A stretch of 63,725 nt of DNA, counting the filler, from an uncultured Methanoregulaceae archaeon (GTDB taxonomy: Archaea > Halobacteriota > Methanomicrobia > Methanomicrobiales > Methanospirillaceae), in the NCBI GenBank assembly GCA_964530035.1. It is 4 parts of 4 records of this genome, joined end to end, with 100 filler letters (N's around TTAATTAATTAA, not from the genome) between each part and the next. Parts side by side here need not be neighbours in the genome. Positions count along the whole stretch, not along the records: positions 1 to 16,576 come from CAZGXZ010000037.1; positions 16,677 to 32,567 come from CAZGXZ010000039.1; 2 more parts are not named here. One strand, 5' to 3'. The notes beneath the pieces were generated by a model that had not been told where the DNA came from, ran no database searches, and saw nothing but the letters and a program-made list of their open reading frames with translations. Below, in pieces: positions 10,338 to 20,337 of this stretch; within the stretch, counting starts at the first letter, position 1, and the number at the start of each line of letters is the position of its first letter. The position numbers and the translations under genes are program-made.

Positions 10338-10544
10338 ATGGATGTAAGGATGAGTATGGACGGGCTGCTGAGCGATATGCTGGTATACATCACGATAGGT
10401 GCGCTCGGATTCGGCATTGGTCTGATAGCGGGATATCTTGTTATGCACGCGTATTACCAGAGACGTTTTCTTGCCATCGGCCAGGCGTGCGAGGAGGCAG
10501 ACTCCCTCACACCGATTTTTGATGAAATGGAACGGGAGACTTAA
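10338..10544 (+). CDS. Small single-TM membrane protein (paralog A)
   Basis: One hydrophobic helix; aligns with the next ORF; start may be a downstream ATG. Confidence 0.65.
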   Translation: MDVRMSMDGLLSDMLVYITIGALGFGIGLIAGYLVMHAYYQRRFLAIGQACEEADSLTPIFDEMERET

Positions 10545-10567
10545 AGTACGGACGCGAGGAGGTACGA

Positions 10568-10762
10568 ATGATCGATGTATCTGCATATAGTCTGGTAGTA
10601 GTCACAATGCTGTGTTTCGGGCTTATCGTCGGGTTCCAGTTTGCTCATATCTCGTATGTAAGAAAGCTGATTACCCTGGCAAAAAGGAGTGTAAATTCAG
10701 GGACTCTCGCCCCGGTCTTTGCAGAAGTTGAACAACTGAGAAAAATCCTGAAAAAGAAATAA
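10568..10762 (+). CDS. Small single-TM membrane protein (paralog B)
   Basis: GAGGAGGT RBS before the ATG; aligns with the previous ORF. Confidence 0.7.
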   Translation: MIDVSAYSLVVVTMLCFGLIVGFQFAHISYVRKLITLAKRSVNSGTLAPVFAEVEQLRKILKKK

Positions 10763-10793
10763 GGCCCCTTTTAAAAGAGCCTGTCCGAAGGGA

Positions 10794-13700
10794 TTACTGG
10801 ACGCTTTCAACAGCCAGGCGCGGGAAGAATTTCGTGACCCGGACCGTTGTGCCGGCGATCACCTTCACTTCTTTTGTCCAGTCATCGTATCCGGGCAGCC
10901 GCAGGGTGACCTCATGATTGCCTGATGGGACGTTCCTGATCGATACCGGGGTCATTCCCGATTCATCTCCGTCGAGGTACACGGTGGCACCTGAGGGGAT
11001 ACTGCTTACCTGGATCGTTCCTGCCTGCGACGATATGGGTGTCATGACTATCCTGCCCATGTTGGTAGTCTGCATGTAGCGCACATCCACCAGCTTCTCA
11101 TAGTCTGCGAACCCCTCATGGACGAGGATGACGTTGTGAACACCCTCAACAACACCCGTGGCGGTTACCGGGGTGAACCCTGCCTCGGTATCGTCTATGA
11201 ATACGGCAGCGCCAACCGGGATCGAACTAACGGATATCGAGCCTGTTCGCGGAGGTTTGACTGTAATGTAGTCCTGTACCTGCCGGGTATCCTTGCTCCC
11301 CGGCCCGAATACCGTCAGGGTGACCGTGTATTCCCCCTGTTCCCGGTAGGTATGGACCGGGTTCTGGAGGGTCGATGTCCCACCGTCTCCAAAGGTCCAT
11401 ATCCACTGGTTTACCGGTCCTGTCGACAGGTCGGTGAATGCCACCTCAACGGGAGCCGTTCCCTCGGTGGGAGATCCGGAGAATTTTGCTGCCACCGGCT
11501 GGACCGGCTGGCTGACATTGATATAATCCGTCCTTGTCACCGAGCTGCTTCCCCCTCCACCTGAAACAGACAGTGAGACGGAGAAAGTCCCGGGTGATGT
11601 ATACGTATGGGCCGGTGAAGGTTCGGCCGACGACCCGCCGTCACCGAAGGACCAGCTCCAGGCCGATACCGGTCCAGTTGACTGGTCCATGAAACCGACG
11701 TTCAACGGTGCATCTCCCGCGGTGATATTCGCACTGAAACTGGCATTGACCGGCAGAGGTGTCTCTCGTGCAGTGATGTAACCTGGCCTGGTCAGGTTGT
11801 CCTCGCCACCCGGTCCGGTTACCAGGAGTTTCACATTGTACGTCCCCACTCTTGTGTAGACATGCACGGGGTTCTGCTCTGAGGACTGGGCTCCGTCACC
11901 GAAGTCCCACCGGTAGGAGGAAATTGCCCCTGTGGATTCGTCATTGAACCTGACAGGGAGGGGGATTACCCCGTCAGTCACATTTGCCGTAAACTGTGCC
12001 TTCGGGGGATTGATGACCTGGCCGACCACGATATAGCCCGCCCGCACCATGCTGTCAGATCCGCCGGGCCCGGAAACCTGCAGGCTTACATTGTAGGAAC
12101 CGGTTTCTGTATAGGTCTTTTCCGGGTTCCTGGCGGCAGATGTTGTCCCATCACCGAAGTCCCAGGACCATGATGTTACAGAACCAGTTGACTGGTCCGT
12201 GAACTGGACCGGCAGGGGTGCATTCCCCCCGGTCAGGTTTGCAATGAAGGCTGCGACCGGCCTGGCAGGAGACTGGGTGACGGAAATGAAGTTTGCGCTG
12301 GTTGTGGTGTCATTGTTGACAGGACCGCTGGCAGTGAGACTGACGGTGTAGTTACCTGCTGAGGTATAGAGGTGCTCCGGGTTCTGGGTCGCTGACGATG
12401 ACCCATCACCGAAACTCCACAGCCATGATGTCACGGTCCCCATCGAGGCGTCAATGAACCGTACCGGAAGGGGGGCTGCTCCCTTTGTCGTATTCGCGGT
12501 AAAGCCGGCGTAAACAGGCTGAGGTCCGGCTCCAGCCTTGATGTACCCCCCTTTTTCAGCAGAAGCCGACCCCCCGGGGCCTGAAATGGAAAGTTTCACG
12601 GTATAATTGCCTGCTGCAACATAGGTATGGACAGGACTTTGTTCGGCAGATGTTGTCCCGTCGCCAAAAGACCACGACCAACTGCTGATGGTCCCGGTCG
12701 AGAGGTCCTCGAACCTCACCGGCAGGGGAACATTACCTGATGTGGTATTTGCTGTAAATTCAGCCTGCACTGGTTCAGGAACCGACCCGGCAATGATATA
12801 AGCCGTCCTGGTGACCGTCGATTCACCCCCGGGACCCCTGACGGTCAGGGTCACGCTGTAAATCCCTGGGGTGTAATAGGTATGGACCGGGTTTTCAAGG
12901 TCTGTTGAGTTGCCATCACCAAAGTCCCAGGTCCATGACTGGACGGTTCCGGAGGAGGCATCAGTGAAAGTCACGGGAAGCGGTACATCTCCAAATCTCG
13001 GTTCACCGGTGAAATTGGCATCAGGGCGCGTATAGGTTGTGACATATCCCGGTTTTGTCAGGGAGTCAGAACTTCCCCCGGTCCCTGTTACCCTTAAGAT
13101 TACCGAATAGGTGCCTTGCCGTGAATACGTGTGGAGCGGGTTCCGGACTGATGAATGGTTTCCGTCACCGAAGTCCCAGGACCATCCCGTCACATCGCCG
13201 GATGACAGGTCTGTGAACTGGACATCAAGTGGAGTTGCACCAGCCGTCGGAGTGGCATTGAAGTCAGCCTTTACCGGCTTTGGAGGCTCATTCGCGGTGA
13301 TATAGTTGGGTATGAGCAGCGTGTTGTTGCCCAGGCTGTTCCCTGCGGTCAGGCTGACGGAATAGCTTCCCGGACCTGAGTATTCATGGACCGGGTTCTG
13401 GACGGTGGAAGTCGCATTGTCTCCGAAGTCCCAGAACCAGGAGGCCGGTGAACCCGTTGACCTGTCAAAGAACTTCACCGCGAGGGGTGCCGTGCCGGTT
13501 GTCGTGTTTCCGGCAAAATTGGCTTTTACCGGCTGGATAGGTGCGGAAACCTGGATATACCCAGCCCGGGTCATCGTATCAGTGCCCCGTGAACCCGTGA
13601 TGGTCAGGCGAACGGTATAGGTCCCTTGTTTCTCGTACGTGTGGACTGGTGACCGGGAGGTCGACTGCGACTGGTCACCAAACTCCCATAGCCAGGATTT

Positions 13701-15662
13701 CACGTCCCCTGTGGAATAATCCGTAAACTGGACACCGAGGGGGGCCGGTCCCCTGGAAGGATCAGCTGTAAAATTCGCCTTAAGCGGTGGTAAAGGGAGT
13801 GATGCATTGATATAGCCCGGTCTGACCAGGGTATCGTTTCCGTACGGTCCGGTTACGGTCAGACTTACGTTGTAAAGACCCGGCGTCCCGTAACGGTGCT
13901 GCGGGTCCTGGAGGGTTGCATTCGATCCGTCGCCGAAGTCCCAGAACCAGGTGGAGACCGGGCCGGTTGACAGGTCTTCAAAGGCCACTCCCAGAGGTAT
14001 TGCGCCTTCAGTTTCGTTCGCGGTGAAGGCGGCCTTTACCGGTTCAGGACGTGGCTGAACTTTGATATACCCCTGGCGGTATTCGACGGCCGAGGAACCG
14101 GTCTTCATGACATTGAGCCGCACGCTGAAATTGCCTGCCCTTTCGTAGGTATGTACCGGGTTCTGGAGGATAGAACTCGACCCGTCACCGAAGTCCCAGT
14201 AAAAGCCGGTGGGTGACCCTGTGGAGAGGTCTGTGAACTGGACTGGCAGCGGAGCTGCCCCGGATGTTGTGTTGGCCGTAAAGTTGGCCTTTACCGGGTC
14301 GATCCCCTGAAAAGCGGTGATAAAGTCCGGCTTCGTCATCGTGCTGTTGTTGTCAGGGCCTGTTACGGTGAGGCTGACAGTATATTTTCCTTCCAGGGAG
14401 TACTGGTGCAGGGGACGGCGTTCGGTGGAATTGGTCCCGTCACCGAAGTCCCAGAACCATGTGCTGACCGGACCTGATGAGGCATCGAAAAACTGAACGG
14501 AAAGCGGAATTTTCCCAGACGTTGCATTCGCACCGAATGTTGCACGGACTGGGTAGGTCTTGTTGGTCACTGTTATATAATTGCCACGGGTGTAGGGGGA
14601 TGAACCATCGGGTCCTGAGACCGTGAGCGACACCGTGTAGGTCCCGGGTTGCGTGTAGCCATGGACCGGGTTTGTCTCGGTCGAGTTGCTCCCGTCACCG
14701 AAATCCCAAACCCGTGATGTGATCTTTCCGGTTGACTGGTCGGTGAACCTCACGAACAGTGTTGCCTCACCCGAAGTGGGGTTGCCCTTGAAGAGGGCTA
14801 CCGGGGGCTCTGGTGTTTTTGTAGGTGTCGGGGTGAGGGTTGTCGGGGTCCCTGTTGGTGTCCTTGTCTTGGTTGGTGTTTTCGTCTTTGTCGCTGTCGC
14901 CGTTCTTGTAGGCGTCTTCGTCTTGGTAACCGTCAGCGTCTTGGTCGGCGTGGATGTCTTTGTCGGGGTTGTCGTTATGGTCTTTGTCGGGGTGGCGGTC
15001 TGTGTGGGAGTTGAAGTTGGAGAAGGAGTTGCCGTGGGGGTATCGGTCGGGGTGGTGGTCTGTGTGGGAGTTGAAGTTGGAGAAGGAGTTGCCGTGGGGG
15101 TATCGGTCGGGGTGGTGGTCTGTGTGGGAGTTGAAGTTGGAGAAGGAGTTGCCGTGGGAGTATCGGTCGGGGTGGCAGTCTGTGTGGGAGTTGAAGTAGG
15201 CGATGGTGTTTCTGTCGGAGTACTGGTGGGAGTTGGACTCGCGGTAGGTGTTGAGGTTGGTGACGGACTTACAGTCGGTGTCACGGTTGGGGGGACGGAC
15301 CCTGCAGTCATGTTAAACCGCTGGCTTGACCCGGCAGAGTAGACCGCCCTTTGGGACACCTCCTTTCCCCCGGCAGTGAACACGACCTGAGGGTTTGGAT
15401 TGTCCCGCAGGTCATCTTCAGTTGCCGCAACAGAAAGTCTCGGGTCGAATAAACCACTGCCGCCATACGCACCCGGAAAACTGGTCACAATGCGGCCACG
15501 TTCCATGCCGTTGATGGCCGCTGTAATAAGTGTTCCCGCAGGCGCGGCTACGCCGTCGATAGTCACATCACCATAGAATTCACAGGGGAGTGGCGGAGTT
15601 GCAGATGCCAATCCGCAGGTAAGTAGTGCACAGGCTAATAACACCGGTATAAGCAGACGCAT
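10794..15662 (-). CDS. Large secreted surface protein: N-terminal domain, Thr/Pro linker, 14 PKD domains, 2 PEGA domains
   Basis: 14 W[DEST]FGD motifs with NPVHTY-type strands; two C-terminal SSIPxGAxV[FY][IL]D...G.TP PEGA repeats; signal peptide from ATG 15662; many NxS/T sequons. Confidence 0.93.
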   Translation of the reverse strand: MRLLIPVLLACALLTCGLASATPPLPCEFYGDVTIDGVAAPAGTLITAAINGMERGRIVTSFPGAYGGSGLFDPRLSVAATEDDLRDNPNPQVVFTAGGKEVSQRAVYSAGSSQRFNMTAGSVPPTVTPTVSPSPTSTPTASPTPTSTPTETPSPTSTPTQTATPTDTPTATPSPTSTPTQTTTPTDTPTATPSPTSTPTQTTTPTDTPTATPSPTSTPTQTATPTKTITTTPTKTSTPTKTLTVTKTKTPTRTATATKTKTPTKTRTPTGTPTTLTPTPTKTPEPPVALFKGNPTSGEATLFVRFTDQSTGKITSRVWDFGDGSNSTETNPVHGYTQPGTYTVSLTVSGPDGSSPYTRGNYITVTNKTYPVRATFGANATSGKIPLSVQFFDASSGPVSTWFWDFGDGTNSTERRPLHQYSLEGKYTVSLTVTGPDNNSTMTKPDFITAFQGIDPVKANFTANTTSGAAPLPVQFTDLSTGSPTGFYWDFGDGSSSILQNPVHTYERAGNFSVRLNVMKTGSSAVEYRQGYIKVQPRPEPVKAAFTANETEGAIPLGVAFEDLSTGPVSTWFWDFGDGSNATLQDPQHRYGTPGLYNVSLTVTGPYGNDTLVRPGYINASLPLPPLKANFTADPSRGPAPLGVQFTDYSTGDVKSWLWEFGDQSQSTSRSPVHTYEKQGTYTVRLTITGSRGTDTMTRAGYIQVSAPIQPVKANFAGNTTTGTAPLAVKFFDRSTGSPASWFWDFGDNATSTVQNPVHEYSGPGSYSVSLTAGNSLGNNTLLIPNYITANEPPKPVKADFNATPTAGATPLDVQFTDLSSGDVTGWSWDFGDGNHSSVRNPLHTYSRQGTYSVILRVTGTGGSSDSLTKPGYVTTYTRPDANFTGEPRFGDVPLPVTFTDASSGTVQSWTWDFGDGNSTDLENPVHTYYTPGIYSVTLTVRGPGGESTVTRTAYIIAGSVPEPVQAEFTANTTSGNVPLPVRFEDLSTGTISSWSWSFGDGTTSAEQSPVHTYVAAGNYTVKLSISGPGGSASAEKGGYIKAGAGPQPVYAGFTANTTKGAAPLPVRFIDASMGTVTSWLWSFGDGSSSATQNPEHLYTSAGNYTVSLTASGPVNNDTTTSANFISVTQSPARPVAAFIANLTGGNAPLPVQFTDQSTGSVTSWSWDFGDGTTSAARNPEKTYTETGSYNVSLQVSGPGGSDSMVRAGYIVVGQVINPPKAQFTANVTDGVIPLPVRFNDESTGAISSYRWDFGDGAQSSEQNPVHVYTRVGTYNVKLLVTGPGGEDNLTRPGYITARETPLPVNASFSANITAGDAPLNVGFMDQSTGPVSAWSWSFGDGGSSAEPSPAHTYTSPGTFSVSLSVSGGGGSSSVTRTDYINVSQPVQPVAAKFSGSPTEGTAPVEVAFTDLSTGPVNQWIWTFGDGGTSTLQNPVHTYREQGEYTVTLTVFGPGSKDTRQVQDYITVKPPRTGSISVSSIPVGAAVFIDDTEAGFTPVTATGVVEGVHNVILVHEGFADYEKLVDVRYMQTTNMGRIVMTPISSQAGTIQVSSIPSGATVYLDGDESGMTPVSIRNVPSGNHEVTLRLPGYDDWTKEVKVIAGTTVRVTKFFPRLAVESVQ
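14983..15200. repeat. ~3.5 tandem copies of a 60-bp unit encoding TPTQTTTPTDTPTATPSPTS
   Basis: Positions 15001-15060, 15061-15120 and 15121-15180 are nearly identical. Confidence 0.9.
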
Positions 15663-15910
15663 AAATCCATACACCTCAAAGCATCGATGCTGCACAGGCC
15701 GGACCGGTCAATGTACAGGATAATTTCCTGTTTGTAATATAATATTATATAGATATTTGGTTAAAATGCCGTATTCAGGTTAATGAAGAACCCTTGGGAA
15801 TGGATTGTACATCGGGGTTGTTGAAATCGATTTCAATTTAATTCGGTTTATTTCTAAAATTGACCGTATAATTAACGATAAATTACAAAATCCGCGCAAA
15901 ATCGTGTGGA

Positions 15911-15995
15911 CGCCGAGGGGGAGATTTGAACTCCCGAGGCGCAGAGCGCCAGTAGCTTTCGAGGCTACCGCCTTCCCGGACTAGACTACCTCGGC
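15911..15995 (-). tRNA. tRNA-Ser (anticodon CGA)
   Basis: Reverse complement GCCGAGGTAGTCTAGTCCGGGAAGGCGGTAGC-CTCGAAA-GCTACTGGCGCTCTGCGCCTCGGGAGTTCAAATCTCCCCCTCGGCG; long variable arm, TTCAAAT T-loop. Confidence 0.95.
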
Positions 15996-16075
15996 CCGGT
16001 GAAATAGAAAATTCAACCTAGGTGGCTATAAGGATATCGAGTATCATTTCCTGGCAGAAATGAAAAATATGGTGT

Positions 16076-16576
16076 TTACTTGGCCCCGGCTTTCCCGGCC
16101 TGCTGGGAGATCATCATGTCATCAACGCGGATCAGCATGGTCGCGGCTTCGGCAGAAGACTGGATTGCCTGCCGCTTCGATCGGAGTGGCTCGATGACGC
16201 CCTCCTTGAGCATGTCGATCACCGTACCATTATAGACATTCAACCCGGCGTTTTTCTTGCCTTTAGCATGGGCGTTCTTCAGTTCGACAACTTTGTCGAT
16301 CGGGTTGAACCCCGAGTTTTCAGCGAGAGTAATGGGGATTATCTCAAAGGAGTTGGCATATGCCTCGATAGCCAGTTGCTTTCTTCCTCCGACCTTGGAT
16401 GCGTAATCGCGGAGCTTCTGGATGAGCTCAACCTCTACCGCGCCCCCGCCTGCGACAAACTTGCAGTCCTCCATGACGTCCATGACAACACTTGTCCCGT
16501 CAACAACCGCACGCTCGAGCTCGTCCAGCAGATAGTCGGTAGTTCCACGGAGGAGGATGGTGACCGACTTCGGGTT
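16076..16576 (-). CDS. Thermosome (group II chaperonin) subunit, C-terminal part, truncated by contig end
   Basis: VAGGGAVEVEL, GGRKQLAIEA, IPITLAENSG, GVIEPLRSK, MLIRVDD. Confidence 0.93.
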   Translation of the reverse strand, partial: NPKSVTILLRGTTDYLLDELERAVVDGTSVVMDVMEDCKFVAGGGAVEVELIQKLRDYASKVGGRKQLAIEAYANSFEIIPITLAENSGFNPIDKVVELKNAHAKGKKNAGLNVYNGTVIDMLKEGVIEPLRSKRQAIQSSAEAATMLIRVDDMMISQQAGKAGAK

Positions 16577-16676
16577 NNNNNNNNNNNNNNNNNNNNNNNN
16601 NNNNNNNNNNNNNNNNNNNNTTAATTAATTAANNNNNNNNNNNNNNNNNNNNNNNNNNNNNNNNNNNNNNNNNNNN
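16577..16676. other. Artificial contig linker
   Basis: N runs flanking TTAATTAATTAA (stops in all six frames). Confidence 0.98.
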
Positions 16677-16830
16677 ATCCGCCGCTGCGCCTGCTCCATG
16701 AAGATGACACCGGCCATCACGACCAGACCGATGGCGATCACCAGGCTGAACGCCAACCAGCCCTGGGCCCCCGGGCGGCTCTCCTTGATCCCCCACAGCG
16801 AGGCCGGGAACTGGGCGGCGATCTGGGTGA
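16677..16830 (-). other. Foreign SecY-like fragment joined in frame to the PAS protein at the contig end (probable chimera)
   Basis: FTQIAAQFPASLWGIK...GWLAFSLVIAIGLVVMAGVIFMEQAQRRI resembles actinobacterial SecY (xEQAQRRIPVQY); G/C-ending codons. Confidence 0.7.
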
Positions 16831-18412
16831 AGAGTTCCAGGTCGGCGTTGCTTTTTTTGAGCCTTTCAAGGGAGTCGCGCAGCTGCTTCTGGTCTTGTAC
16901 CCGCTCGGAGATGTCCTGGAGCGTGACAAAGACCTTGACCGGGACTCCCCCGGACCGTTCTATGATACCGCTGGTCCGGACGAAAAGGACCTTTCCGTCC
17001 TTCCGTATGATCCGGTATTCATTCGGCGTGATTATATCGCCCCCCGAGGCGATACAGTCCTGCAGCCACCTGGTCACCCGCTCAAGGTCGTCTGGGTGGT
17101 GTATTTCAGCATTGACCCGGTTGATATCGATTTTTTCTGATTTATCGTACTGCATCAGGTCATAGATCCCGTCAGACCAGGTGACAACCCCTGTTGTGAG
17201 GTCCCAGGTCACATCACCCATTTTCGCTAGGTGCTGGGCGAGGTTCAGCCGTTTTTCACTTTCCCTGAGTGCGGATTCCGTTTCCCGCTCCCGGCTCACA
17301 TCATGGAGCGTCCCGATCACCGAGGGCCTGCCCAGGTAGGTCCCGGACCCGACCGACATGATCACCGGGACCCGGGTGTGCCCGTCCCTGTGGAGGAGCC
17401 TGAACTCATAGGTCTCCTCGATACGGTTTCCGGCAAGCCTGCTCCTCTGTCGCCCGATGACCATCTCCCGGTCTTCGGGAGCGATGAGGCGGGCGATGGA
17501 AACACCCGTGATTTCTTCAGGGGTATATCCAATCATCCTTGCAAGAGGCGCATTGCAGAACAGGAGGAGCTCGTCCTGTGAAAGAAACACGCCGTCCTGG
17601 ATATGGTCGACGAGCACCCGGTACTTTTCCTCGGACTGGGCGAGGGCATCCTCTACCTGCTTCCTGTCCGTGATATCCTGCCCCACTGACTGGTACTCAA
17701 TCACATGGCCGTCTTCTCCGAAAATGGCCCTGTCGTTCCAGTGGTGCCAGCGGACCCTCCCATCGGCCATCAGGACGCGGTGCTCGATGAATGCGACCGG
17801 GTTCTCCGGCGTAAGCGAGGCAAGGTGGTGCTGCATTCTGTGGGCATCTTCGGAAAGGTGGGTAACGCAATGCACCCGGCCCAGGGACTGGTGCTTATCG
17901 AGACCGAAGTACCTGCAGTAGGCATCGTTTACGAACGTAAGCCGGCCGTCCGGGTTAAACCGGCAGATGAGTTCGGTCTGGTCCTCGACGACCGCCCGGT
18001 ACCGTTCCTCGCTTTGTGCGAGGGCCGTTTCCGCCTTTCGGTGCTGGACTGCCTGCAGGACTTTATGGGAAAGTTCGGCAAACTGTGACCGTGGGTCGCC
18101 GCCTTTCTGGACATAGTAATCGGCCCCTTCATTCAATGCCTGGATGACGATTTCCTCCCGTCCCTTCCCTGTAAAGATGATAAAGGGAATGGGATTTCCC
18201 GGAGCCCGGACCTGTTTCAACAGCTCGATGCCGTCCATCCCGGGCATCAGGTAATCCGAGATGATGGCGTCGTAGTGGTTCGACCTCACCCGCTCAAGGG
18301 CGGCCGGAGCGGAAGGTGTCGTGTCAACGGAGAACCGGGCACTTTTTTCGAGAAATATCTTGCCTATCTCAAGAAGTGCGGGCTCATCATCAACGTACAG
18401 GATGGAGAACAT
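16831..18412 (-). CDS. Receiver + multi-PAS sensor protein (probably a hybrid histidine kinase), 3' end lost
   Basis: ILYVDDEP...SDYLMPGMDG...FTGKG receiver; three PAS/PAC repeats (DITDRK); ends in KKSNADLE, the coiled coil that usually precedes an H-box; likely ATG 18412. Confidence 0.88.
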
Positions 18413-18729
18413 GAGATTCGGTTTCAGGGATGCAACTACGTCCATTCTGATGGACAACGGTATTAAATATTGTTGTTTCCGGTTCACCCCGGAAAAAACG
18501 ATCTCTTCCTGGAAATGTACCGGGGGATATCCCTGGAACCGCCAGTCCTGCCCGGGCACCGGTGTGGCTGGTGAGAAACCGACTGCAGATAAACAAGTTG
18601 CAGAAAAACGGCTCTTTGGAAAAACTTTTATCGGAATTGCAGCTGTGGGAGATCTGTCATGGCGGGGCGAGTACAAATGAAAATGGAGAGGATTTCAAAA
18701 AGACCAGGAAATCTCTATTTTAAGGAATC

Positions 18730-19220
18730 ATTCTTTCCTGCCGGTCATAATTGCCTGGTAACCTGCATGATTGAAGAAACGGGGTCTGAAATTTGTCCAA
18801 CGCTTCAGAAGGTTTCCAGACCTTGCCAATTCCCCGTGATCTCACCTTTCCCGGTATCCGATACCCATCGACCCTTCAGTGGGGGCATGCCCCCACACCC
18901 CCGGAAGGATACCCCGCCGCCCCCGAAGGGCGCACCGGCGGCGGTCTCACGGCCTTTCATGAAGAGTGCGAACCGGAAGAAATCCCGTTGAAGACTCATA
19001 AATACAAAAAAACCACAAACAGGCCCAATAAATGAATCGCCAACGACCTGCCAGGGTTATCGTATGCAGGGGGTTTGGGGGGCGGCAGCCTCCCGGTCCC
19101 AATCCCTTTCATTCCCAGGCCGTTCAAGGTGAAACCCAGAACAACCGGATCTGTTCAAATCCTCTGAACGACTTACCCGCTAAAGGAGATATCTCATGGC
19201 GGGGTGAATAAAATCGAAGA
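18730..19220 (+). repeat. Dispersed structured non-coding element, copy 1
   Basis: Homologous to 21975-22460 (reverse) and 48645-49120; identical 33-nt block at 19058-19090; boundaries approximate. Confidence 0.85.
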
Positions 19221-19247
19221 CAGGGAGGATTTCCCCAGGACTACGAC

Positions 19248-20084
19248 TTATATAAAGCGGCCCTCATTCTCGAACCTGGCCCGGTGGACATGTGCGTGCC
19301 TCAGGAGGAACTCCTCGACCTGCTCGTTTCCAAGGACATACCCCCCGTAGATCAGGCTGTTGGGCTCATCGGGGACGATTATACGGCCTTTCTTTTCCGC
19401 GACCCGGTCGAGGACATAGGATACCGCCTTGTCAACCGGGTAAGCATCTTTCGGGACCGGGGCGCCGGCCCCCGTGCTGTCGACCACCTTGCCGAAGATC
19501 GGGGTTGCGATGTCTCCCGGGCAGACGACCGAGACGCTGATGCCCTTTTCTGCATACTCGTACCGCAGGCTTTCCGACATCCCGACGACCGCGTACTTCG
19601 TCGTATCGTAGATCACCTGCATAGGATACGGGACGAGCCCGGCGAGTGACGCGGTGTTCACGATGTGCCCGGAACCCTGCCTGAGCATGACCGGAACCGC
19701 AGCATGGACGCCGTAGATGACGCTCCAGAGGTTCGTGTCGATCATGGCCCTCCAGTCATCGAGCGTCGCCGTCTCGAACAGCATCGGCTTGAAGATCCCG
19801 GCGTTGTTAAAGAGCATGTCAAGCCTTCCGGCTTCGGCCGCAACGCTCCCGACCACCTGCTGCACCTGCTCCTGCCGGGTCACGTCCATGACGGCGGTAT
19901 GGACCCGGTCCCCGTATGCCGACAGGTCCCCGGCAGCTCCGGCGACCTTCTTCCCGTCACGCCCGGTCATCCAGACCGTCGCTCCCCTCTTCAAGAGCTC
20001 TCCGCAGAGGGCATACCCGATCCCCGAGTTCCCGCCAGTGACGATACAGACCTTGCCGGTGTAATACTCCTGGTTATCCATCAT
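19248..20084 (-). CDS. Short-chain dehydrogenase/reductase
   Basis: TGGNSGIG, NNAG, NTAS, YDTTK catalytic motif, CPG. Confidence 0.93.
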   Translation of the reverse strand: MMDNQEYYTGKVCIVTGGNSGIGYALCGELLKRGATVWMTGRDGKKVAGAAGDLSAYGDRVHTAVMDVTRQEQVQQVVGSVAAEAGRLDMLFNNAGIFKPMLFETATLDDWRAMIDTNLWSVIYGVHAAVPVMLRQGSGHIVNTASLAGLVPYPMQVIYDTTKYAVVGMSESLRYEYAEKGISVSVVCPGDIATPIFGKVVDSTGAGAPVPKDAYPVDKAVSYVLDRVAEKKGRIIVPDEPNSLIYGGYVLGNEQVEEFLLRHAHVHRARFENEGRFI

Positions 20085-20337
20085 GTGCTCCTGCCGATCG
20101 AATCAGTCAGGCCATGTTCCTGCCGCTTTCCCCGTACAGACCGCAGGCAGGCTGCCCCTGTGAGATGTGTCCCGCGTGACCATGATAAGGGTATCGGACC
20201 CTGCGGTTCTTCTCAAGGACGCATGACAGGAGAAGCGTCCTGGAAAAATCACGCTCATCCGTGATGATCTCCCCCCGTCCAAAACCGTGATGTTTTTGTA
20301 TGCCGGCCCACATGTTTGATCGAGGCGAAACGGAGCA

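Noticed and set aside
14983..15200. 60-bp tandem repeats as a CRISPR array
   Set aside because: No unique spacers, in-frame coding linker, no cas genes
15700..15995. tRNA-Ser with AT-rich flank as an integration site
   Set aside because: No integrase or duplicated tRNA 3' end seen; the AT-rich DNA is explained as the PKD gene's promoter region
18659..19035. Short ORFs sharing peptides such as PPEGYPAAPEGRPGGG (also 22121..22512 and 48687..48932)
   Set aside because: Translations of the non-coding repeat; frames, starts and stops are not conserved among copies
19058..19090. CGTATGC-GGGGG block as group II intron domain V or a G-quadruplex
   Set aside because: Lacks the domain V stem and catalytic triad context; only two long G-tracts
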